IMG/VR virus record: IMGVR_UViG_3300023179_000164
Span: 1-48,589 of that record
Direction: 5' to 3' (one strand)
Length of the DNA: 48,589 nt
Source: a virus
Lineage: Duplodnaviria > Caudoviricetes
The first letter of the stretch is position 1; each line of letters starts with the position of its first letter. Both the position numbers and the translations under genes were made by a program. The notes under the pieces are model-generated. The model saw nothing but the letters and a program-made list of their open reading frames with translations, did no database searches and was not told where the DNA came from. This document shows, one piece after another, positions 37,672 to 46,395 of this stretch.

Positions 37672-37994
37672 TAATCCTAACTGACCTGGCAGTTGCTAAA
37701 GTAAAAGAAATGTTGACCAAACGTGGCAAGGGTATTGGTATCATGATTGGAGTAAAAACCACCGGGTGCAGTGGGCTGGCTTATACACTGGAATATGTGG
37801 ACGAACTGATCACAGATCAAGATCATATCAGATATGATAATCAGGGCATTGGTGTCTGGACCGATACCAAAAGTTTAGTGTACCTCAATGGTCTGACCAT
37901 GGATTGGGTAAAAAAAGGTCTTACCGAAGGATTTGAGTTCAGTAATCCCAACGAAAGTGCTCGCTGCGGATGCGGAGAAAGTTTTACTGTATGA
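37668..37994 (+). CDS. iscA: A-type Fe-S carrier IscA
   Basis: GVKTTGCSGLAY, NPNESARCGCGESF. Confidence 0.95.
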   Translation: MIILTDLAVAKVKEMLTKRGKGIGIMIGVKTTGCSGLAYTLEYVDELITDQDHIRYDNQGIGVWTDTKSLVYLNGLTMDWVKKGLTEGFEFSNPNESARCGCGESFTV

Positions 37995-38764
37995 ATAAAG
38001 ATACGTTAGTAAACCAATGGAAGATTGGGAGTATCCTGGATGGTATGCATCAACCCAAATCAAAAAAAGACAAGTGGTTGGGGATGGACTCCTACAAAAA
38101 TTTTATTAAAAATCAACCCCCAAATTACACTGAAGATTCCATAATTTATGATTTCAACTCTCACGGATTCAGAACCCGAGAATTTGAATTAAATTCCAAT
38201 AAGAAGAATGTTTTATTTTTGGGATGCAGTCACACCATGGGTGTTGGTCTCAGAGAAACAGAGGGTTGGGTGCATTATGTCAGTCAAATTTTTGATAAGA
38301 CCGAATATAACTGTTACAATTTGGGAATCGGTGGCGGTAGTAGCGACACAGTGGCGAGATTGTTGACCAATTCCATTGATTACATACATCCCACTGTGGT
38401 GTTTATTTTTTGGCCGTCTCCCGCCAGATTCGAAAAGTATTATCAGAATAGGCAATACGTATCAGTTAAGTCTGAACTTTTAGTTGAGCAATCTCGGGAC
38501 ATTATTGATCTATACTCTGATATACAATGCTATAATTTATACTGTAAAAATAAATTAATTGTTGAATTGTTAAAACAACTTTACAGTTTTAAGGTAGTGT
38601 CACTAGATAATGACGATGTCACACAAGGGTTCATGAGAAAAAAATATACTCCCGAGCAAGTGCACACTGCCAGAGATTGCCAGCACTGGTCACCGATGAT
38701 TCATCAGGATATAGCTGATCAGATGATCCAACAATATAAAGAAATCGTCAATAATGCTAGTTAA
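37991..38764 (+). CDS. SGNH-like hydrolase-fold protein
   Basis: FNSHGFR, FLGCSHTMGVG, NLGIGGGS, ARDCQHW (DxxH); ATGA overlap. Confidence 0.6.
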   Translation: MNKDTLVNQWKIGSILDGMHQPKSKKDKWLGMDSYKNFIKNQPPNYTEDSIIYDFNSHGFRTREFELNSNKKNVLFLGCSHTMGVGLRETEGWVHYVSQIFDKTEYNCYNLGIGGGSSDTVARLLTNSIDYIHPTVVFIFWPSPARFEKYYQNRQYVSVKSELLVEQSRDIIDLYSDIQCYNLYCKNKLIVELLKQLYSFKVVSLDNDDVTQGFMRKKYTPEQVHTARDCQHWSPMIHQDIADQMIQQYKEIVNNAS

Positions 38765-39437
38765 TCGTTACGATTATAAAAATATCAGCAGAGAAACTGT
38801 TGATGGCAAAAGGCACTACTGCTTGTCAGATGGCAGCAGAGTTCCCAGTGTGACCACTATTTTAGATAAAACCAAACCTGAAGAAAAGAAACAAGCCCTG
38901 CTGAACTGGCGCAAGTCGGTGGGAGAAAAGCGGGCGCAGGAAATCACCACAGAAGCAGCCAGTCGCGGCACCAGAATGCACAAATGGCTGGAAGATTATG
39001 TGAAAAACAATCGGGACATGGGTCAACCCGGCACCAACCCCAACAGTCAACAGAGTCATAAAATGGCTAATGTTATTGTGGAAAATGGTTTGAGAAATGT
39101 CGATGAAATGTGGGGCATTGAGGTTCCACTTTATGTCAGCGGACTGTATGCAGGCACCACTGATGCTTGTGGCATATACAACGGGCAGCCCAGTATCATC
39201 GATTACAAACAAACCAACAAGCCCAAACGGACCGAATGGATTGAAGACTACTTTCTGCAACTTTGTGCCTACGCAGTGGCACATAACGAAACCTACGGCA
39301 CTGACATCAAACAAGGTGTGATCTTAATGTGCAGTCAGAATTACGAGTTTCAGACCTGGACAGTTGAGGGCGCAGATTGGGAAATCTGGAAAAATCGTTG
39401 GTTTGACAGAATTGAACAGTATTACAAACTCGACTAA
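38754..39437 (+). CDS. PD-(D/E)XK exonuclease
   Basis: PSVTTIL, RGTRMH, E.PL, YAGTTD, IIDYKQ, QLCAYA. Confidence 0.88.
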   Translation: MLVNRYDYKNISRETVDGKRHYCLSDGSRVPSVTTILDKTKPEEKKQALLNWRKSVGEKRAQEITTEAASRGTRMHKWLEDYVKNNRDMGQPGTNPNSQQSHKMANVIVENGLRNVDEMWGIEVPLYVSGLYAGTTDACGIYNGQPSIIDYKQTNKPKRTEWIEDYFLQLCAYAVAHNETYGTDIKQGVILMCSQNYEFQTWTVEGADWEIWKNRWFDRIEQYYKLD

Positions 39438-39446
39438 ATATCTATT

Positions 39447-39800
39447 ATGAAATTTCCAATTATTGAGTTAGTAGACAGATACGCCGTAGCAGTAGTTAAA
39501 TCTCAAAATACCCACGGAGAAAATTTCGAGGAACTGCAGTTTTACCAACGAGAAATGCAGGACGCTGATATTGATGTTTCAGATGAGTTAATACTGGCAT
39601 TAATTGAACACCATCGATTCGTCTGGAGCCTGGAAGATGACTTTAAGAAATGCAGAATCGACAATTTGCCACTGGAAGAAATAGGTCGTCGAGCAATTAT
39701 CATACGGGATGCTGGCTTCAATAGGTTCATTTTAAAAAACAAAATTGCAGAAAAAATGGGTGATAACATTAAAGAAGTTAAGAGCTATTTTGACCAATAA
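39447..39800 (+). CDS. Small helical hypothetical protein
   Basis: PIIELVDR...VWSLED...NR..LKNKI...EVKSY; TAAATA 6 nt upstream. Confidence 0.65.
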   Translation: MKFPIIELVDRYAVAVVKSQNTHGENFEELQFYQREMQDADIDVSDELILALIEHHRFVWSLEDDFKKCRIDNLPLEEIGRRAIIIRDAGFNRFILKNKIAEKMGDNIKEVKSYFDQ

Positions 39801-39804
39801 CTAA

Positions 39805-40941
39805 ATGTCAAGCTCAGATTTTTATATCCGACATTTAAGTCGACTGACGAATAAAAAAATTAGTTATATTGACACTGAGTTTTTTGATATATTTACCGAT
39901 GATAATATACTCAATCAAATTAAAAAAGATTGTGATATTGTAGTATTTGGTACTCAGCTAGCTAGATATCACAGAAATCACGGTGATATGATTATTAATA
40001 ATTGTTCGGAACAATTTACCAAGTTTCTTGAATCTAAATTCAATATTATACAAAACCCCAATGGGGGGATAAGAATTTGTGATCGAGAGTTTGAAGATAA
40101 TTATGTAATTCAACGAATAGAACGATTAAATGTTTCTAAACCCTGGATTTACATTACTAGTAATTTTAAATTTGATCATCCCAATTCAATTTTTCACCCC
40201 GTATGGCTGATTAATACCTGCATTGATACCAGAAACGCTGACAGACAAGTGGACATCGGTTCCCTAAGAACTAATCTGGCTAGTTTTTTGTTGTTTACGC
40301 CGCATTGGGACAGACTGGTTGCTTTTGTTATGCTGTCACAGCAAACTTTTTTTGATAACTTTTTGTATAATTTCCCCTCGTTAAGCGAACACAAGATCGA
40401 CGAGACTGTTCGGCATATCCATAAATGTTTTTTTGATCAAAGTGTTAATCATTATCTGACCAATACTGAATCACAGCAACTAGAAAGATTTGTGTCGCTG
40501 GGAGAGCATCTAGCAGACCCCACTGATAAGATCTATAATCAAATTCAGCTGGGATTGTTGACCAATTCCTCGTTTAAAAAATGTTATGTTAACATTTTCG
40601 GAGAGTCTGGATATCCTCATCCCAATATTACAGAAAAAAGTGTCCTGCCCTTCTTGTCAGGACAGCTTCCTATGATATGGGGTGGGGATGGGTTAACTGA
40701 CTACATAAAGGATATGGGCTTTGAAACGTTTGATGAGATAATTCCTAACGTAAATCTTCCAGAGATATCCTTGAGATCCAAGATCGATATGTTTATAAAA
40801 TCTCTAAATATGATTTCAGAAAATATTGATGACATTTGGCATAGTACTTATGCACAGAGATTGCATAATTATCATTGGTCAAGAAGTGTAATTTTTACAG
40901 ATAATATAGAATATTCCTTAAAAAATCGTCTTGGGGGGTAA
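39805..40941 (+). CDS. AT-rich protein with GT10/glycosyltransferase-like C-terminal domain
   Basis: VNIFGES...ITEKSVLPF..GQLP...MGFETFDEII...RLHNY. Confidence 0.5.
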   Translation: MSSSDFYIRHLSRLTNKKISYIDTEFFDIFTDDNILNQIKKDCDIVVFGTQLARYHRNHGDMIINNCSEQFTKFLESKFNIIQNPNGGIRICDREFEDNYVIQRIERLNVSKPWIYITSNFKFDHPNSIFHPVWLINTCIDTRNADRQVDIGSLRTNLASFLLFTPHWDRLVAFVMLSQQTFFDNFLYNFPSLSEHKIDETVRHIHKCFFDQSVNHYLTNTESQQLERFVSLGEHLADPTDKIYNQIQLGLLTNSSFKKCYVNIFGESGYPHPNITEKSVLPFLSGQLPMIWGGDGLTDYIKDMGFETFDEIIPNVNLPEISLRSKIDMFIKSLNMISENIDDIWHSTYAQRLHNYHWSRSVIFTDNIEYSLKNRLGG

Positions 40942-40971
40942 TGATTATGTTGTTGTACCGAAGTAACTTTG

Positions 40972-40979
40972 TATAAATA
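40972..40979 (+). promoter_or_regulatory. T4-type late promoter
   Basis: TATAAATA. Confidence 0.7.
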
Positions 40980-41005
40980 CCACATTATAAACCAGGGTTA
41001 CAAAA

Positions 41006-42571
41006 ATGGCAGTGATACAAATCAGCAAGATACAGGTGCGTCGAGGTCTTCAAGAGGACTTGCCACAATTAGCCAGTGGCGAATTTGGCTGGAGCGTGGA
41101 CACGCAGCGTCTATGGATTGGTAACGGCACACTGGTCGAAGGTGCCCCGCAAATTGGTAACACTGAGATTCTTACTGCTGGTAGAGACGTTCTATCGGTA
41201 ATCAAATCCTACACATTCAAAGGAGCAGAATCAGGATACACCAGTCAAACCGGACCGACCGCTAATTTGCCTGTGACTCGTTCATTGCAGGATAAATTTG
41301 ATGATTTTATAAATTTTCGGGACTTTATTCGTCCTGAGGATATTGCCGGTGATGATTACACTGAGGCACTGCAGCGGGCGATAGATCAGATATTTCCTCA
41401 GGATTATTATAATACTGTAGGAGTTCGTCGTATATTGCGCATACCTGCTGGTGTCTGGAAAATTTCAAGTACTTTGACTATCCCTCCCTATGCCAGCATA
41501 GAGGGTGAAGGTACCAAGTCAACATTTATTCGGCAAATTGGTGGTGACACCAGTGTAATTCGTCTGCGTAGTAGTCGTGGCACAGTGGGCGCCGATATAG
41601 ATACCACCACATCAGATACCCCATTTCAAATTATTTTTAAAAATCTAACATTGCGGACAGATCAATCCAATGACATTGCATTGTTGGAAAGCTGCGAGGA
41701 TATATATTTTGAGCATGTGAGATTCCAAGGATCAGTGAATAACCCAGTTAACGATTTGGATATTTCTAGTGTCAAAATTACTAATGTTGTTGCCCCATCT
41801 AAACGAATTACATTTACTCATTGTGAGTTTTACGGTATTAATTATGGATTGAAACTAATGGGAGATGTAAGCAACGTATTGGTGGATGATTGTCGTTTTG
41901 ATACACTTTATACTGGGATATCTACTGCGGCATCACAATCAGATCAAATATATCCCAAAGGTATTAAAATATTGGGTTCGTTATTTGACAATATTGCATT
42001 CAATGCAATAAAGGCTGATGGACTGAGTTTTATAACCAGTTCATTCAATTATTTTAAAACTGTGGGAAAGTCAGATGGGCTAGTGGTTGACAGCGGTAAT
42101 GTCACAAGTCCGGTCATCGTCTTTTCTTCAACCAATAATTACAGTATTGGTGATATATTTGATCAATCGTTTTTTGAAAATTCAGTAGTTTCTTTTGCCG
42201 ATGACAGGGTTACAGCCTTGCCAACCGTGGCCACCACATTTGGGTCAGTTCAGGATTATCCAGGGGTGTTTTTGTCCTTGACTGACAATACCCAAGGCAT
42301 CATTGGTACTATTCTATCGGAAACCTTGAACTCAACAATAATGGATTATAAGATTCAGAGAGGCAATGTATATCGGATTGGTACTATTCGCGCTACTCAC
42401 AATGCCGGCACAAATGTAGTTTTTGAGGATGACTACAGCGAAACTGGAGATGTTCAAATAACATTGGGGTATGTTGGGAATACATCTGACAGGAATGTAA
42501 CATTAACTTACTCCACCACATCAGTCGGATCCTCAGCTGATTTAAAGTTGACAGTCAGATCATTTATTTGA
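41006..42571 (+). CDS. Tail/baseplate-associated protein with pectin-lyase-like beta helix
   Basis: IQVRRG..LPQLASGEFG...RLWIGNG head domain; RSLQDKFDD, DDYTEALQRAID, IPAGVW, beta-helix repeats. Confidence 0.75.
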   Translation: MAVIQISKIQVRRGLQEDLPQLASGEFGWSVDTQRLWIGNGTLVEGAPQIGNTEILTAGRDVLSVIKSYTFKGAESGYTSQTGPTANLPVTRSLQDKFDDFINFRDFIRPEDIAGDDYTEALQRAIDQIFPQDYYNTVGVRRILRIPAGVWKISSTLTIPPYASIEGEGTKSTFIRQIGGDTSVIRLRSSRGTVGADIDTTTSDTPFQIIFKNLTLRTDQSNDIALLESCEDIYFEHVRFQGSVNNPVNDLDISSVKITNVVAPSKRITFTHCEFYGINYGLKLMGDVSNVLVDDCRFDTLYTGISTAASQSDQIYPKGIKILGSLFDNIAFNAIKADGLSFITSSFNYFKTVGKSDGLVVDSGNVTSPVIVFSSTNNYSIGDIFDQSFFENSVVSFADDRVTALPTVATTFGSVQDYPGVFLSLTDNTQGIIGTILSETLNSTIMDYKIQRGNVYRIGTIRATHNAGTNVVFEDDYSETGDVQITLGYVGNTSDRNVTLTYSTTSVGSSADLKLTVRSFI

Positions 42572-42675
42572 TCAAAATATTGCCACATCATTGCAATCAT
42601 CTGAAGTTTAATGTAAACTAAACAGATTAGTGTCTGAATCAAATCAGTAAATAAATTTTTAAAGAGGTTTTCGAA

Positions 42676-44331
42676 TTGAGTAATATTCAAGTCATCAAAC
42701 GTGGTGGTGCAAGCGTACCATTGGCCATCGACAAATGGCAGGCGCAGATATCCAAAGTGTGTGCGGGAATTGCTGACGTAAGTCAGAGTATGATAGAAAT
42801 CAAAGCACAGCCGCATTTCTATGATGGCATCACTACCCGAGAGATTGATGAAATTACTCTGCGTGCCATTGTGGATTTGATCGATGTTGAACAAAACCCC
42901 GACATTGGAAACACAAATTATCAGTATGTGGCAGGCAAGCAGCGTCTGAGCATGTTGCGCAAAGACGTCTACGGCAGCTATGAGCCACCACATCTGTATG
43001 AAATTGTCAAACGCAATGTGTCAGTTGGTTTGTATACTTCAGAACTTCTGGAATGGTACACTGAAGACGAATGGAATCGCATGAATGATCTGCTGGATCA
43101 TGCCAAAGACGAAGAATACAGTTATGCAGCAATCGAGCAATTGATTGAAAAATATCTGGTACGCAATCGAGCCACCAAGGCCATTTATGAAACACCGCAG
43201 ATTCGTTACATGGTGGCTGCTGCCACTGTGTTCCATGCAGAAAATCCCAACCAACGACTAAAATACATCAAGGAATATTATAATGCATCTAGTGACGGTT
43301 TGTTTACTCTGGCTACTCCTGTTCTTGCTGGCCTTGGCACTCCCACTAAGCAATTCAGTAGTTGTGTTCTCATTCGTAGCGATGATGATCTCGATAGTAT
43401 TTTTGCTAGCGGAGAGATGATGGCCAAGTATGCCAGCAAACGCGCTGGCATTGGTTTAGAAATTGGCAGACTCCGACCCCTGGGTAGTCCCATCAGAGGT
43501 GGTGAAATCATGCACACTGGCATGCTGCCCTTTCTGAAGAAATGGTTTGCTGATCTGCGCAGTTGCAGTCAGGGCGGCATCCGCAATGCCAGTGCCACAG
43601 TGTTTTACCCCATCTGGCATCTGCAGTTTGATGATCTGATTGTGCTGAAAAACAATCAGGGCACAGAAGAAACTCGCGTCAGACACATGGACTATGGTGT
43701 GGTGTTGAGTGCATTCTTTTGGCGTCGATTCAGGAACAAAGAAAACATCACCTTCTTTGACCCCAATGAAGTTCCAGATCTGTATGAGGCATTTTATACC
43801 AACACGCAGAAGTTTGAAGAACTTTATGTCAAGTATGAACGGCGCCGTGATCTGCGCAAAAAAACCATGAGTGCTGAAGAAGTATTCAAGGGTGGTATCC
43901 TTAAAGAACGCACAGACACTGGTCGCATCTATCTGGTGTTCATCGACAATGTCATGAACCAGGGCCCATTTGATCCCGAATACCACACCATCTATCAGAG
44001 TAATCTGTGTTGTGTGACCGGTGAAACACAAGTAACTTTCTTGCACGAAGACGGCAATACAGAACAAATGTCTGTTGCTAGTGCAGTAGAAAGATTTGAA
44101 CTTGGCGGGCTAAGTAACTCTAAAATTAAAAGTTTCAAGAATGGAGAAGTTTCTTGGGAAAGTGTTTCTGCTGCTATTAAGACAAAAACGGTCACGGAAC
44201 TATACGAAATCGAGGATGAGCACGGTAATGTGTTAAGATGTACTGGTGATCATCTGGTTTTTACCAAAAACAGAGGATATGTCCGTGCAGATGAATTGGT
44301 AGAAACTGACGAGTTATGCGTTGAAATTTGA
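42676..44331 (+). CDS. nrdA: Class Ia ribonucleotide reductase alpha, N-terminal fragment fused to the N-half of a split intein
   Basis: ATP-cone (VIKRGG), YETPQ, TPVLAG, QFSSC, CSQGGIR, ends QSNLC followed by intein; TTG start. Confidence 0.95.
   Translation: MSNIQVIKRGGASVPLAIDKWQAQISKVCAGIADVSQSMIEIKAQPHFYDGITTREIDEITLRAIVDLIDVEQNPDIGNTNYQYVAGKQRLSMLRKDVYGSYEPPHLYEIVKRNVSVGLYTSELLEWYTEDEWNRMNDLLDHAKDEEYSYAAIEQLIEKYLVRNRATKAIYETPQIRYMVAAATVFHAENPNQRLKYIKEYYNASSDGLFTLATPVLAGLGTPTKQFSSCVLIRSDDDLDSIFASGEMMAKYASKRAGIGLEIGRLRPLGSPIRGGEIMHTGMLPFLKKWFADLRSCSQGGIRNASATVFYPIWHLQFDDLIVLKNNQGTEETRVRHMDYGVVLSAFFWRRFRNKENITFFDPNEVPDLYEAFYTNTQKFEELYVKYERRRDLRKKTMSAEEVFKGGILKERTDTGRIYLVFIDNVMNQGPFDPEYHTIYQSNLCCVTGETQVTFLHEDGNTEQMSVASAVERFELGGLSNSKIKSFKNGEVSWESVSAAIKTKTVTELYEIEDEHGNVLRCTGDHLVFTKNRGYVRADELVETDELCVEI
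44011..44328 (+). mobile_element. Split intein, N-terminal half (106 aa)
   Basis: Block A CVTGETQV; block B CTGDHLVFTKNRGYVRADEL; stop codon immediately after. Confidence 0.93.
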
Positions 44332-44339
44332 TTACCGAG

Positions 44340-44347
44340 TATAAATA
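44340..44347 (+). promoter_or_regulatory. T4-type late promoter of the endonuclease
   Basis: TATAAATA followed by GGAG RBS and ATG 44365. Confidence 0.75.
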
Positions 44348-44364
44348 CATACGGAGAAATTCAT

Positions 44365-45300
44365 ATGTATAAAAAACTTTATAAGAATATAATCGATAAT
44401 GCAAGAAAAGAAAAAAGAATGAAAAATCAAGGAACTTATTATGAACAACACCATATTGTTCCCGATTTCTTGTATAAGAATCGTAAAAGAACAGGTCCAA
44501 AAGGACATTTAGATGGTAATCCAAACGGCAAAGAAAATTTAATTTTATTGACTTTTTCTGAGCATTTGATGGCTCATTATTACCTTTACGAAATTTACAA
44601 AGGAACAAGGTATGAATACTCTGCTGGTTCTGCCCTGCAATTCTTTTTTGTAAAAGCAACCGGCAATCATAAACGACAAATTAATCTATCAGAAGTTGAC
44701 AAACAGTTTTTACAAGAAATGGAATATCTAAGAATATTAGGTAATGAAAGCATCGGTAGAGCAAGAAGAGGAAAGATGCCTGTTGTTGACGCTGTAACTA
44801 GAGAAAAAATAGGATCAGTTTCCGTGGATCACCCCAAAGTTTTATCGGGGGAATGGGTCCATCATAGTAAAGGAATTCCTGGGAAGTCTGCAAGAGACAT
44901 GTCTGGTTCTAAAAATACTAACTTTAAGGAATTAACTCAGGATCGAAGAGAAAGAATGTGGAAATGCGTATCCGAATCTTGTCAAGAGGGCCACTTGAAG
45001 TCACACTTATTGCGAGATAATATGAAAAAAGAATTCGTAGAGTTTAAGAAAATTTCATTGGCGTGGGTAAGCAAAAAGTTTGGATCTTTAGAAAATCTAA
45101 TAAACGAAACGAATAAGAACTTGAATCTAAACATCAAATATAATCCATACCACAGGAGCGCAGAACAACGAAAAATTGCGGCAGAACACTCAAAAAAACA
45201 TCGTTGGTACAATAACGGCGTTCAAAATGTAAGAGTTACAAACGAAGAAGAATTTTGTAAACATAATCTAGATTATGTATTGGGAAAAATAAAAATATGA
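44365..45300 (+). CDS. Free-standing HNH homing endonuclease
   Basis: YYEQHHIVP...ENLILLTFSEHLMAHYYL; C-terminal RWYNNG DNA-binding-type motif; A-rich composition. Confidence 0.88.
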   Translation: MYKKLYKNIIDNARKEKRMKNQGTYYEQHHIVPDFLYKNRKRTGPKGHLDGNPNGKENLILLTFSEHLMAHYYLYEIYKGTRYEYSAGSALQFFFVKATGNHKRQINLSEVDKQFLQEMEYLRILGNESIGRARRGKMPVVDAVTREKIGSVSVDHPKVLSGEWVHHSKGIPGKSARDMSGSKNTNFKELTQDRRERMWKCVSESCQEGHLKSHLLRDNMKKEFVEFKKISLAWVSKKFGSLENLINETNKNLNLNIKYNPYHRSAEQRKIAAEHSKKHRWYNNGVQNVRVTNEEEFCKHNLDYVLGKIKI

Positions 45301-45398
45301 TTAAGATTAAAAAAATTAAAGTAAAACCGACCGAGGTATATGATTTATCTGTTCCCAAAACAGAATGTTTCTTTGCCGATAACATATTAGTTCATAAT
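45297..45398 (+). mobile_element. Split intein, C-terminal half (34 aa)
   Basis: MIKIKKIKVK-PTEVYDLSV (block F)-FFADNILVHN (block G), +1 residue Cys. Confidence 0.93.
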
Positions 45399-46385
45399 TG
45401 TGAGATTTTACTGCCCACCAAACCGTTTCGGCGGTTGGATGACGAAACCGGCAGAATTGCTCTCTGTACCCTAGGCAGTATAAATTGGGGAGCATTCCGT
45501 AATCCTGAAGATATGCGTAGAGCTTGCCGTATACTCCAACGCAGTCTGTGTAATATTTTGGACTACCAGGATTTCCTAAGTGTTCAGAGTCGACTCAGCA
45601 ATGAGGAGATTCAACCCTTGGGCATTGGCGTGACAAACTTGGCCTACTGGCACGCCAAACGGAGCCTACGTTACGGCGAAAGTGATGCTCTACAGGAGGT
45701 CAAGACCTGGATGGAGCATCAGTCTTTCTATCTGACCGAGGCCACTGTTGAGCTGGCCAAAGAACGTGGCAAGTGTCGGGACAGTGATCGAACCAGATAT
45801 GGTCAGGGCATATTCCCCTGGGAATTGAGAGCTCAGGCAGTCAATGAGCTGGCAGACTTTACTCCAGAACTGGACTGGGAACAACTACGTAGTGACATGC
45901 GTAGTCACGGTGTTCGCAATGCCACCCTGATGGCCATCGCTCCAGTGGAATCCAGCAGTGTGGTCATTAACTCAACCAATGGTATTGAAATGCCCATGAG
46001 TCTGATCACTGTCAAAGAAAGCAAGGCCGGCAGTTTTATACAGGTGGTTCCAGAATATCAGAAACTCCGGAACCGGTACCAATTGATGTGGGATCAGCGG
46101 GATTGCGTGGGCTATCTCAAGACGGCTGCTGTGTTGGCAGCATATGTGGATCAGAGCATCAGCACCAATACTTTTTACAACCCTGCACATTTCGCAGACC
46201 GCAAGGTGCCAACCACACTGATTGCCAAGAATTTGATGCAGGCCTGTGCCTGGGGGTTGAAAACTTTTTATTACTCACTTATTAATAAGCAAGGAGCTAA
46301 AGTCGTTGACGAGGAAGCACTAGCGCCGTTAGCACCAGTGGACTATGATGAAAATGACGAAGATTGTTTATCGTGCAAACTATAA
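45297..46385 (+). CDS. nrdA: Split-intein C-half fused to class Ia RNR alpha C-terminal fragment
   Basis: HN|CEILLPTKP, IALCTL, LGIGV, RNATLMAIAP, DQSISTN, KTFYY, terminal CLSC. Confidence 0.95.
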   Translation: MIKIKKIKVKPTEVYDLSVPKTECFFADNILVHNCEILLPTKPFRRLDDETGRIALCTLGSINWGAFRNPEDMRRACRILQRSLCNILDYQDFLSVQSRLSNEEIQPLGIGVTNLAYWHAKRSLRYGESDALQEVKTWMEHQSFYLTEATVELAKERGKCRDSDRTRYGQGIFPWELRAQAVNELADFTPELDWEQLRSDMRSHGVRNATLMAIAPVESSSVVINSTNGIEMPMSLITVKESKAGSFIQVVPEYQKLRNRYQLMWDQRDCVGYLKTAAVLAAYVDQSISTNTFYNPAHFADRKVPTTLIAKNLMQACAWGLKTFYYSLINKQGAKVVDEEALAPLAPVDYDENDEDCLSCKL

Positions 46386-46395
46386 AGGGTAAAAT

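Noticed and set aside
44329-44331. Stop-codon reassignment or nrdA pseudogene
   Set aside because: All three stop codons end genes normally elsewhere, both fragments retain all catalytic residues, and the second has its own start
44332-45296. Group I intron interrupting nrdA
   Set aside because: Only 33 non-coding nt flank the HNH ORF, leaving no room for a ribozyme core; complete intein motifs on both sides explain the break
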